Part shown: positions 13,501 through 24,496 of the stretch, piece by piece
Layout of the letters: each line of letters starts with the position of its first letter
Numbering within the stretch: position 1 is the stretch's first letter
Source of the DNA: Antedon mediterranea
Taxonomy: Eukaryota > Animalia > Echinodermata
Assembly: GCF_964355755.1 (NCBI RefSeq)
Contig: NC_092674.1
Location: forward strand, 23,188,001-23,252,000
Reading direction: 5' to 3'
Length of the DNA stretch: 64,000 bases
Notes under the pieces: generated by a model
What the model was told of the DNA's origin: nothing
The model's database searches: none
What the model saw: only the letters and a program-made list of their open reading frames with translations
Made by a program: the position numbers and the translations under genes

Positions 13501-16500
13501 ATAGGCCTACAGCTCATTACCTCAAAATAAATATGGCGAATAAAAAAATAGGTATTTTGAAAGTGTGCAGCAAATACACCATACAAAAGAAAGTCAAGAG
13601 AGTGAACAACTAAAGTTTTAGTACTACATACCGCGAACTGTAATATCGATTATCGACATGCAAACGTTGATGATATAAAAAACAACATTTTTAAATAGAA
13701 TTTTGTCATATTATTTTATATGTTTTTTTGCACAATGAATTACTTACTTATTTTAAATAGCAATGTTTGTTATTTTGTAGTTGGATCCACATGTGAATAT
13801 ACATGCGACCAAGGGTATGAGCTTACAGACCGTGCCACAAGAATTTGCTTAAACACAGGAAGATGGTCTGGAGAAACGCCTAGTTGTCGTCGTAAGATCA
13901 TTTTTAACTATACAAAGTAGTTTTGCGTCAGGGAGCTTTTAATTGGTCAGATGTTCTGCACTACACTAATACGTAATTTTACTGTATAGACAATCTAAGT
14001 ATTGATCTATATGTTCTTAGTATCCAGTGCGTCAGAGTAGGCTAAATCATCTGACCAAGTTACGATCTATTTTATATGCTTCGTAATTACTATCCTAGAA
14101 ATCTACAACTGTACTGTACTATTTTGCGAACCTTTTCTTAAGCTATATAAACTATATATCTAAAGTAACTTACGTCATAGATATGTGGGTCTTAAAACCT
14201 TCTCCTTAGAAAAACGAATAGAAATATATATCCATTTTGACACTGCATAAATTGCATAGTCGAGTACCGGGTCCCACTCCAAGGTTATAGTTCCACACAA
14301 AATGTCTTAGGCATGCGTATTGATTATTTGTAAGGCAAAGCACAAAGGTAGGCTACAATCCTCCAATCACAACATTGGCAAAATGACATTAAGTCTCGGA
14401 CGAATTATTCATTTTGTACTGTTTATCCTTCCAGCGTTAACGTGTCCTCCATTGACGCCAATTGAACATGGTGAGGTCATTCCTGAGAGTTGTATTAGAA
14501 ATCCCCAGGTGTTCAAAGCACGATGTGCATACACGTGTGAGTCAGGTTACGTCATCGATGGCAATCAGTTCTCAAAGTGTAAGGGCATTGACGGATGGAC
14601 GTCGGCACCTCCAAAATGTGTAAAAGGTAGATTTATTTTTAGGTTATATGCATGATATGCATATAACCTCTTGATTCTGTCAAAATCTTTATTTATTTAT
14701 TTATTTATTTATTCTTTCCTTAGCACTATTTGTCCGTGAATTATCTTGGCATCAGTTTCATCTATCTAAGTCAATTTTTCAGAGTATATTCCTTATGGCC
14801 AGGAATCGATGTGGTTATGTTTTCACGATGCGCAATCAAAAATTACGCGGTCTACGCGCGATTTAACGAAATCACGTTTGTAATCATATCTTCACAAACA
14901 TGAATCACTTTTAAACAAAATTTGGTACTCATAAATTTCAGGTCACATTTCATCATATGGCAATACAATTACGTGCGTAGCGCATATAACGCATGCGTAC
15001 GCGCGCTTAAAATGTTGAAAATTGTCAGAATTTATTTTCGATGAAATTAGAGTACGTTTCAGGCAATTTTAAGCGTTTAAAAAATTGCCATGAGTGCGCC
15101 GATTTTTGCACGCGCACTGCGCGTCAAACGTTAATGCGCACTGTTTGTGTCCGATTACTGTTGTATAACCTTTCTTTAATAATATCATCATATTTTATTC
15201 ACTTTTCAACACGAAACAGCGTTATACGAGCACGTCAAAAGTGACGGGCTACGCACGTGTAAGTTAACAAAATGGTGAAAATATGCTAAATTTTAAAATT
15301 AATATATATCGTTAGAATGGTCGGGAACACCTATTTTTTATTTAATTTTCTTGAAGTGTATGTATCATATGTATGATTTATTATGAAATTAGAAGAACAA
15401 AAGTTGATTAAGTCATCATTAATGGCATATTAAATTTAACAAAATTAATTTCGACAATCAAACAAATTATAACATTTTCTTAGGCCAAAATAACAAACTT
15501 AACGTTAACTTTCTTCCTTAAGAAGTTCATATATTAAAGTTAAAAGTATATAGTTTGACAGTGCATCATTTTTTTAAATTTTTAAAGATGTCATCATAGT
15601 AAAACATTATAATTCATTGCGGTATGTATTAATCTATCTGCACCAAAGTGGTTACTGCATAGTAAATACACGGAGGAATTTTTCTCCAACTTTTAGTCAG
15701 TTGTGTATGGCTCGATGGTCTGTGCTCGTGTCAATGGCATTCAAGGTACCGAGTTCGAGTCTCACCTTGGGAAACGAAATAAGATTTTTTTTTTATTATC
15801 CGTATTGTTCAAATTTATTTCTTAGTGTATAGATTATACACATGATTTATAATGAAATCTAGATAAAAAGTTACTTTATGTCTTTATTATTATGCAACAA
15901 CAAATGCGTTTTATGACATTATACGCAGAGGGATCTTTGATCGGATTGTGATACCGGCTATGGTGTTCGCGTTAGCAAGGTCCTATCATATATTATAAAT
16001 AATTAAAGATTCTGAGAAAATCAATCAATCAATATATCTTTTAAAAATCAATTATCTTTATTTAAATCAATGCATATAACCTATAATTCGTCATAGTGAC
16101 GAATTAAATCTAGTTAAGATTACATTTGGAAGACAAGAAACATTTATATAATATATTTGCGCACATCGAATGACATACAATGTCATCCTATTCGACCTTT
16201 TCTTGACCTTTTTCTTGATCTGACAATTACGTGTAAATACTATAAACCTCTTGTTGCGATCTAAAGGCGTTCAAACTTTGTTTCCAACTAAATCATAGGT
16301 TGTACCCTATAAATGTTGATTGCGTAGATTGTGAGAAACTTTATTGTATTGTCGGTGGGTAGGTGTCTATCTGTGTCTATCAATGGGATGCCTATACTTT
16401 TCATTTTTACTCGTTTGTCTGCAACTTGAAGCTCGAACAAACAAATTATTTGAATGAAATATAGCATTTTATATTATTTAAATACATTCAAAAAAATTTC

Positions 16501-19500
16501 AGATGTCATACCAGAAATTCACTGCAGTGACTCAGTAACGACCACGCTTGCTGAGGGAGAGAGCTCGACGCTTGTTGCCATTGGCGCACCAAGATACAGT
16601 CTTGAAAGCATAGAAAGGGATACACCAGAAGACAAATTATTTGGACCGGGTTCACACACGGTAACATTTACTGCGAGTAGCAGTGACCATGAAACCACGA
16701 TATCTTGTGACGTCATAGTTACTGTATTAGGTAATTTACCTTCTTTGACACTTGACTGTTTTTTTGTTAATTCATTTAATTTAATTGTTCACTTGATGCA
16801 AATCGGCATTTATTGGCGATAAGAAAAAATCATGGAACATTTATTTTCAACTGAAATAAAAAAGTTAGGAACGAACACCAATTTATGCAAAAGATTGCTG
16901 AAGACTATCTACTATAGTTGATGTTTTAAGGACTGAAAGTCGCCGTACCTGGAGACCACCAAGAAACAACGTCATTCACAAAGGACAAAGCACAGGAAGA
17001 GACGGCATTTTTGCTTGGGTTCTACGGCATGAAAATCACGTCAAAATGGTTCTTTCTTAGTTTCTGCAGTAACTTGTTCAATAAAAAACTTGCAATAAAA
17101 CGTATTATCAAAGTATAAATGTAGAAGCTGTGGGCCATTAACTATAATGTGTCAATCATGCTATTTATAATTTGGGTTAAAGAGTAAATAAATGTGCGCT
17201 ATACAAGTAATAATAATAATAATAAACAAATGCAGTTACTGCCTTAACTGGTCGTCTCCATGAACGCTTTAGTGATTAGCTGCAGTTAACAAACTTGAAA
17301 ATTATTTTTATGACAGACGAAGAACCACCTAAATTTAGTGGGTGTCCGGAAGACTTTGTTGTCCAGTCTGAAGAGCAGTATCCAACGGTAACCTGGGACG
17401 AGCCCTCAGTAACAGATAATGTAATGGTTACAAAACAATCAAAATCAATTGTAAGTTCGATATTATGTTGACAAATCCATATGCTACCATGCTCAATGCT
17501 GTCACCACAAATACAAATTTATAAAATGATTATATCCTTCCTGAATGTCTAATTTATTTAGAGGCTGTTTCTGATTCTCTGTAATTGACATTCCCATAAA
17601 GCTCTGTCTACACAGCTATCAAACTTTATGTGACAAAAAAATGCGATATGCCCATATATGGAAATGATGACGTCATATCACCACCATATTTCGGCACATC
17701 ACACTTTTATGTCAAACTAGTTTGATAGTGCAGACAGCGCTTAAAGGATACAGTGGAAAGGCACACTTCTGCGTGTCCAGTTGGTTGAATGAATGTTCCA
17801 CCTGCCTGTTTACTCTGAGTCAACATGACCTAATGTACTCCTTGAAGAAACACCTGTTACCATCGTAATATGGTGCAATGTTTCCATATAATTAGGGTCT
17901 AAACTTGCGTAAAGGTTTGTCACTATTAAAACATTTAAACGAATTTATTTTGTTTACAGAGTCCAAATAAACGCTTTACCTGGGGAACATTCCTTGTGAC
18001 ATACGAGGCTAGAGATGCATCAAACAACATAGCATTCTGCAAATTCCAAATCAAAATTGAACGTAAGATGTTTTAGGTTGAAATATACAGCTGTAAATAC
18101 TAGGCCTACATAAAACGCCACAAAATAATAAGCAGTGTTGAATTAAAATGGTACCTGAACTATAGACTTTTAATGTTCCAAAACAATTTCTCCGGAATTC
18201 CCATATCTACGGAATTCCCACGAAGAGTAACTGCCACTGTTTTGGACTCCCCTTTCTACTGCTGTTAAGCGGTGATGCGCGGATATAAAGCGTGGTTCCC
18301 ACTAGCGACGCAACACAAGGACGTAACGCAACGCAAGTGAATTGACCAATCACAAGCGATGGCTTATTCGCTTGTGATTGCTAACTGTCTATAACTTCGC
18401 TTGTCATTGGTTAAAACGCTTGCGTTGCCTTTACGTCCTTGCGTTACGTTCTAGTGGGAACCAAGCTTAACAAGCATTATTTGGTGGACAAACAGTCAAA
18501 CAAGTTGTCAAACTGGTGGCATACAATTGGTAGACGTAGAATAAATAAAACCTACAACTATCATAATATGATATAATCAAAATCAGTTATATTAAAGTTA
18601 TATTATGTAAAAATCGATGTTATTTTTCAGCTAAAAGTTGCGGTTTACCTTACGGCCCACTAAATGGCGTGGCAAACTGCGTAAATTGGTTGTTTGGAGA
18701 AATATGTAACCCTGTCTGCAACGATGGCTATTTTTTTTTTGATGGTCCTCTCAACAACTTGTATGTATGTTCGACTGCAGTTTGGACACCAGGAAGACAG
18801 ATTCCTGACTGCACAGGTATTTAGATATTAAAGGAAAGCTCTGGGTTTAAACTTTCTATTGTTTATTATCAAAATATAAATTCAACAAAATAGATATTAT
18901 GACCCCACAAGTGTTACCAGAATTGTTCGTAATGTAAAGCTCTGTCTACACTATCAAACTATAGTTTAATAACAAAAAAGGGTCATGTGCCCAATATGGT
19001 AGTGATGTGCTTAAATATGGTACTGATATGATATCATCATGTCCATTATATGGGCACATCACATTTTTTTGTCACATAAAGTTTGAAAATGTAGACAGAG
19101 CTTTATAAAGTAATTTTACTGATTCATAAAGTAATTATTTTCCTACGCAGAATATACAATACTTGAAAATGGAGAAACCGAATGTTCTGTTGGAACTCAA
19201 CGTAAAGAATACTCATCTATCGGAGGCCCGGCATGTCGTAAGTAATCAAAATTTGCCGATAGAAAACCAATTCCCCCAATTGTACGTCAATTTTTTATAA
19301 TATCATTCTTATAACTATTTTTCTTAGTGAAATGTCCAAGAGGACGATATGGCGAAAGACTATTCAACGAAGCAGTTTGTACCGACTGTCCTATTGGATC
19401 TTACCAGAATGTAACAGGAATGACGTCATGTGAACCTTGTCCTTCTGGTCTTAGTACGACCGACCCAGGTGCAATATCTGAAGAAAAATGTGTGCAAATT

Positions 19501-19746
19501 GGTGAGACTCGTAAACATCTTTTAACATAAAATATGATTCAAGTTCCTCTTTAAGTTCTATAATTATGCACATCTAAATAATATAACTAGATTTACATTG
19601 TATTTGCTTATTCTACTTTTTTAAATTTTATAGATAACCAACCAGCAGTTGAAACAACTGAAATCGTCTCAGTTGTAACAGAGATAATCGAAGAAGGTAC
19701 TCTTGACGAGTCATCATCAATAATCGGCGGTTCAAGCTCAAGTTAA
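1520..19746 (+). CDS. Secreted multidomain CCP(sushi)/EGF/cbEGF/HYR/ephrin-receptor-like protein (SVEP1/SCUBE/fibrillin-like mosaic), about 1356 aa, 27 exons
   Basis: Hand-built exons: 1520-1589, 3567-3746, 4280-4630, 5796-6188, 6375-6491, 6841-6957, 7506-7628, 8032-8157, 8450-8572, 8982-9107, 9494-9652, 9914-10033, 10402-10518, 11188-11343, 11633-11755, 12079-12204, 12577-12699, 13030-13122, 13781-13891, 14435-14626, 16503-16730, 17317-17450, 17960-18062, 18631-18816, 19151-19237, 19328-19501, 19634-19746 (TAA). All introns are GT-AG and the total is 4071 nt in frame. cbEGF motifs (D[IV]NEC...C.NT.GSY.C.C) and CCP motifs (C..P...C..GY.L.G...C...W....P.C) are visible. Confidence 0.9.
1787..2092. 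mobile_element. PIF/Harbinger-like MITE family B: tandem pair, a partial copy at 1787-1935 and a full copy at 1939-2092
   Basis: TIRs GCTTGGTTCCCACTAG / CTAGTGGGAACAAAGC with TAA on both sides; same family as 18289-18467. Confidence 0.75.
2897..3222 (+). mobile_element. tRNA-derived SINE with a Deu/Nin-like central domain, full length
   Basis: Pol III A-box TGGCCGAGCGG and B-box GGTTCGAGGC; core TTCTCGGATAAGGACTATAAACCGTAGGTCC...TTAAAGAACC...GAGTAGGGGGTTACCCCGGTGT resembles the Deu domain; (TTCAA)n tail. Confidence 0.8.
3567..6188 (+). CDS. Gene 1 exons 2-4: five tandem CCP/sushi domains
   Basis: Translations such as CHDPG...[11 protein letters not shown]...[13 protein letters not shown] and [10 protein letters not shown]...YSCYQGYKL...CSEGQYHW...PQC. 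Confidence 0.9.
6375..12699 (+). CDS. Gene 1 exons 5-17: twelve EGF/cbEGF exons interrupted by one ephrin-receptor-like Cys-rich exon (11188-11343)
   Basis: One domain per phase-1 exon, e.g. [31 protein letters not shown] and [26 protein letters not shown]. Exon 14 reads [23 protein letters not shown]...CFCNDGY. Confidence 0.9.
6994..7168. mobile_element. Tc1/pogo-like MITE family C, degenerate copy
   Basis: AGTAGAACC...CTACTG ends and internal TATT..GGGGACAC motifs shared with the 39883-40189 copy. Confidence 0.6.
10994..11104. mobile_element. MITE family A, partial copy
   Basis: CTATCAAACTTTATGTGACAA...TTTGGGCACATCA...GTCAAACTAG...AACAGAGCT, as in the 17600-17741 copy. Confidence 0.7.
13030..19746 (+). 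CDS. Gene 1 exons 18-27: CCP-CCP-HYR-HYR-CCP-ephrin-receptor-like repeat, then an acidic/Ser tail
   Basis: HYR-like [13 protein letters not shown]...[10 protein letters not shown]...[26 protein letters not shown]; Cys-rich CPRGRYG...[38 protein letters not shown]. No transmembrane segment before the stop. Confidence 0.85.
14690..15990. mobile_element. Roughly 1.3 kb non-autonomous insertion (Helentron/HINE-like) in gene 1 intron 20, with an embedded tRNA-like segment at about 15690-15775
   Basis: CpG-rich (ACGCGC/GCGCAC) block in an AT-rich intron, starting after a (TTTA)n run; internal A/B-box-like TGGCTCGATGG...GAGTTCGAGTC. Boundaries are approximate. Confidence 0.45.
17600..17741. mobile_element. 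PIF/Harbinger (Tourist)-like MITE family A, full copy
   Basis: TIR AGCTCTGTCTACAC(agc)TATCAAACT / AGTTTGATAGTGCAGACAGCGCT with a TAA duplication on both sides. Confidence 0.8.
18289..18467. mobile_element. PIF/Harbinger-like MITE family B, full copy
   Basis: TAA|AGCGTGGTTCCCACTAG...CTAGTGGGAACCAAGCT|TAA; internally palindromic. Confidence 0.8.
18938..19102. mobile_element. MITE family A, full copy
   Basis: AGCTCTGTCTACACTATCAAACT...AGTTTGAAAATGTAGACAGAGCT with TWA flanks. Confidence 0.8.
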
Positions 19747-19811
19747 CTGTTCAAGCTATACAAACAACAACAAAACTGTTTTTTAAAAGCAAAACTCTTT
19801 ATTATTATTAA

Positions 19812-20116
19812 GGATGTATTGTTTCCAAAAACATGAAAAAAGTCATTTTGTAGTCGTAATAAACACTTCCTCAGAAAAAAAATAACTAAAAAAATGTTTT
19901 CACTTATGGAAAGACAAAAGAAAGGGTTAAATTCAACCACAAACCTCGTATTAGCTGGCAGCCAATTGGGATATTTTTGCTTTGAATTACAGATTTTCAG
20001 TTAAATATTTTTTTCGATCCAATTTTTGGTTAAAGTGAGTAACTGTTATAGAACATTAAAATGGCATATTAAAAAAATTTTGAAACAAAATATTTTTTTA
20101 GGGGAAAAATTTATCT
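19812..20116. mobile_element. Kolobok-like TTAA-flanked element family D, just downstream of the gene 1 stop codon
   Basis: TTAA|GGATGTATTGTTTCC...GGGGAAAAATTTATCT|TTAA; body homologous to 22024-22451. Confidence 0.65.
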
Positions 20117-22023
20117 TTAAAGATCAATAAACCAAAAATGTTCCATTTGCATTGTGTATAAGTATTCTTCATGTTGTTATGTCGTATTACATCAACATGT
20201 GCTATGCGGCCTGGACTTGCCTTAATTTGTCCTTTTTATGTTAGTCCACCAGTCAGCATTTTTAAAGTTTTGTCTGGAAGATCAAAACTATACGTATGAA
20301 ACGCCATATGTGCCAACATATTGATCTTTTTATTAATATTGTTATTCGAAACTCAGTCCAGAACCTAGACTATATGAGGCCCTATCTATAATAATGACTA
20401 TAAGATAACATTAATTAGAATTTTCCTATAAACTGTTGAGGCATTATGTAGTATTAGCAATCATTCTAGTGTTTGTGACTTTATGAAAGAGAGAGAGCTT
20501 TAATGATTATTTTTGCAATGTTTCTATTGTGCACATCATACATTTTTCTTATTTATTGTGGTCTTTTGAGCTTTGCTGTTCGTATCTTTAGGGCCTATAT
20601 GGAATTTAGTCTAAAATAAAATGTTGAAGCGATTGAATGAATTGAATCTATATATACAATGCGTAAAGAACTTTTCAGTTTTAAGAACAATGGACATTAC
20701 TGAGATTATCGTTTCGGGACGATCTACGACGGAGACGGTAATTTATAAAAATATTAACAAATGTTAATCTGCGCATGCATATGAGTCCGTCGAATGGTCG
20801 ATTGAAGTTTCGTTTCAAAATCTTGCTAATAACAGAACACAACATAAAATATGTTTAAAATACTTGTTTTTGTGGGAAAATGGCGATTTAAAGTTATCAA
20901 CCAAATACATAAAATAAATTTTTCTTAATTTTTATTTTCTTTGTTTCTTACTACTGTTCTAATTTAATTTTTTCTCATTTATCTTAATTATTTCAAAGTT
21001 AACTAAATAAGGCTAATTTAAAAAGAAAAGCATGACTGAATTTTGATGATGACGAGTTTGGAAGAGGATGATAGTTATAACAAATTAGATTTACGATAAT
21101 GAGGGGAATGATGACGACGATACGTTACAGAATAATAGGAACTAATTACATCATGTAAATTAATTGTGCGCATGTGGGGAAATTGCTTCCTCTCTTGATT
21201 CGTCGACACAGTTTTGTGGATTCCAGATCCAAACAAGGAAATCTAACAACAGGATTATGAGTCTTTTGATCTTATATCTGGCTGTACTATGTACATATTC
21301 TGCATGGCCCGCGGTGTCTGTTAAGGGACTGATCGTGTCGCTGCCACATATAAATCCTTTGATATCCGGAGCTCATCATCTAGTTGTTAGATTGCCCAAG
21401 TCCAAGAATGGAACAGGTAGACATTTTTAGTCTAAGCAACGACTAACGTCGTACAGTACACTGGTCCAAGGTCGTGGGAAATCGAAAGATCTTATTGGCC
21501 AATGATGACGAAATGATTATAAATAGCGTTAACAAAGATGACAGAAGTGAGGAGTATTACTGTAAAACATGGTAATAACATCGATGATGTTATGGCAACA
21601 AAAACTACTATTACTAATGAAAAAAAAGAAGACGAAGATATAAAACAACAATTATTAGCATAAACACAAACGTTATTTTATTGCAACTTTGCTAATAATT
21701 GTGAACCCTGAAGATTGCCATTATACATATATTTATAAACAAAATCACAACTTTTTAAATAAATTAATTACATTTTTGTTGACAGGTAGTACCATAAAAA
21801 ATCATTTTGGCATTTAATATACATTTTATTTTAAATCTTTGCGAATTTAAATCATATAATTACATTTGTTTGGACAGCATAATCGAGTTGAGGATGTTAG
21901 CACATTAGCACAATGTGTAATAGTGTAATAATATTACTATTACAAATAAATTATTATCTATTTTCCATTTCTATTCAAAATTCTAAGATATTCTTAAAAT
22001 GAGATAATTTAACATTTGTTTAA

Positions 22024-22451
22024 AGATGTATTGTCCCCCAACAAGGCCATATACATGGCTGCAGTCGCGTGCTCAAAGTTTTACCAACCAACCGACCGAT
22101 CAACCGACCGACATAGTGAGCTATAGAGTCGGGTTGCACGTGACTAAAACATGAAAAATAAAGATTAATAAAATCAGACTTAAAGTTAATCACTTCAATA
22201 GCAAAAAAAAAATGGAAAAAACAAATGTTTTCACTTACTTACAAAATGACAAAATAAATGGTTAAATTCAAATAATGGCTAGCAGCCAATTGACTATTTC
22301 TTGCTTTAATTTACAGATTTTTAGGTAAATATATATATTTTTCGATTTAATTTTTGGTCAAAGTGGATAACTATTAGGTGACATTAAAATAGAATAGCAT
22401 GTTCAACAAAAAATTTTTAAGAATAATTTTTTTCAGGGGGACAATACATCT
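22024..22451. mobile_element. Kolobok-like non-autonomous element family D with a nested insertion
   Basis: Perfect TIR AGATGTATTGTCCCCC / GGGGGACAATACATCT with TTAA on both sides. AG...CT termini fit Kolobok rather than the CCY termini of piggyBac. Confidence 0.8.
22040..22149 (-). mobile_element. Short Helentron-associated (HINE/DINE-1-like) element nested in family D
   Basis: Sub-terminal inverted repeats AGTCGCGTGC / GCACGTGACT, internal (ACCG/ACCA)n microsatellite, terminal hairpin GCCATATACATGGC; inserted in an A/T run with no TSD. Confidence 0.7.
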
Positions 22452-22892
22452 TTAAGCATCAGCTTATATAGCATAGTAATACAGTATATAGGAACTTAAA
22501 TTTATAAACAAATATTGTACCAATCACGTCCTATGGGTGATAGGAATGTACAAACTTAGAGTAAATTGTAAATTTCTAGTCTTATGCAAAAACACAGTGT
22601 ACACATGTATACAGTGGACTGTTAATTTGGAGCACTATTTAAAAGCCTTTAGAGCACAAAAACAGAAGTATTATGGTATGTTAATACAGTGTAGCATGGA
22701 CATATATGGAGTTTTTTAACTTATGCCGAAATTCTGCAAAACACTGATAAATACAAGAAAATGCAATCTATGAATCAGTTACTAATTCTGTACAATCTAG
22801 TAGGCTTAGCATTTTAAACAAGGAAAGTATTGCCAGAGTGTATAAATTAAAAGTTTGTATAATAAATAATAAACTACTGTACTTTAGTTCAG

Positions 22893-23140
22893 TGAATGCT
22901 CATGAGCGTGCCATACAAACCCCAAATGCTCATGAGCATGCCATACAAAGACCGAATGTTCATGAGGGTGCCATACAAAGACCGAATGTTCATGAGAATG
23001 CCATAAAAAGCCCAAATGCTCATGAGCGTGCCATACAAAGACCGAATGCTCATGAGCATGCCATACAAAGCCTGAATGCTCATGAGCATGCCATACAAAC
23101 CCCGAATGCTCATGAGCGTGCCATACAACGAGCAAATGCT
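22893..23140. repeat. 30-bp minisatellite, about 8.3 copies (GAATGCTCATGAGCGTGCCATACAAAGACC)
   Basis: Units are directly visible; most contain the palindrome GCTCATGAGC. Confidence 0.95.
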
Positions 23141-23863
23141 AATGACCTGCTGGTAGGACTATAACTTTTAAACATTTAACTAACTTGTAGGCCTACAATT
23201 TACAAAATGCAGCATTTTTAATATTTCAATTATAGATTGTCCATAATACAATAGAACTCCTCCTTTTGACAAGGAATTCAAGGAATTTTCCAGAAAAAAA
23301 ACAAGAAGAAATATTCTTTAACACTAGAGCCAACACCTATTCAGGGAATACCCTACTAAATGGACACATTGTTGCATCCTAAAGTGTTTTGCTAATAGGG
23401 GTTTTACTACTCTATTTGCTATGTCCAACTTTTTTAAAGATTAAAAAAATTTTAAATATATATTTTGGTTGAGGCACCACTGGAATGCAATTATTAATCT
23501 AAACTCTGTGACTGAAATGCCCCCAAACTGCTTACTTTAAACCGAAACAGCATGTAGAGGGACCATTGCATTGCCTGCTGAGCGCATCTATGCAAGCGTA
23601 TTCTACAGATACGACATGGCCACCACCTACAGTACAGTGGTTGATGCTCTAGTTATATAATACCGCTATGATTCCAATATAATTACACCTGGAATTGATA
23701 TTCATAAGTTTTAATGTTAATAATAGAGTTGTCGCCAAAATTACAATTTGATTGCAGCATATGCATATCCTATTTACATTGGAATGTAGAAAATGTTGGA
23801 AAGATTAAACATAAATAGAAATGAACGATATCGTCTACAAATGCAAGATAATCAACTATGCTA

Positions 23864-24039
23864 CAGGGAAAAATTTCATTTTAAAATTTTGTTTAGCAAT
23901 TATTGCTAATCAAACTGATTTTTTAGTCGAGAAACATAGTTTTGTATTGTCTTTTTTGCTACACAATTTTAGAAATGTGTAGCAATAAGGTTGTTTTGTA
24001 TAGCTTTTTGCTATGCTACACTGGCGAAATTATTCCCTG
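23864..24039. mobile_element. hAT-like MITE with a 5-bp flanking duplication
   Basis: TGCTA|CAGGGAAAAATTTC...GAAATTATTCCCTG|TGCTA. Confidence 0.6.
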
Positions 24040-24496
24040 TGCTATAAAAATCCTTTTCTGCTTTTTGCCTCAATTTTGAAAAAACAACTGCTGCCATTAT
24101 TTAAAATATTTTGAATTTAAAGGGACCATTTACTCGTATTCGAGTGTACCGTTGAGTAGTTTTTCCGTTGAGTACTTTTTTAACGGAGTATTTTTAGCGT
24201 TGAGATTGTTCTTAACAAAAAAATGCCTACTAAAAACTCCCCAGGTAGTTTATTCAAATAAATATGGGTATGTATATATAGTATTGCAACTACTGTATTC
24301 TCATTACAGAGTAAAAAAAACCACCTTTTTTGGCGAATAATTTGGTCATAATAGGTTAGCAGTAAGTAAACAAGAGTAGTTTTTTAGCCCTAATATTGTA
24401 CGTATAGCTCAGCTATTAATAAAAGCCTCTTTCATCATACGCCTCTTTTCATATTTCTTTCCTACCTACAACAGCTTTCTGGTTCACTCTCATATT

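Noticed and set aside
18731-18740. T10 homopolymer in a coding exon as a possible frameshift or assembly error
   Set aside because: The exon is 186 nt and stays in frame (YFFFDG), with the CCP Trp and Cys intact.
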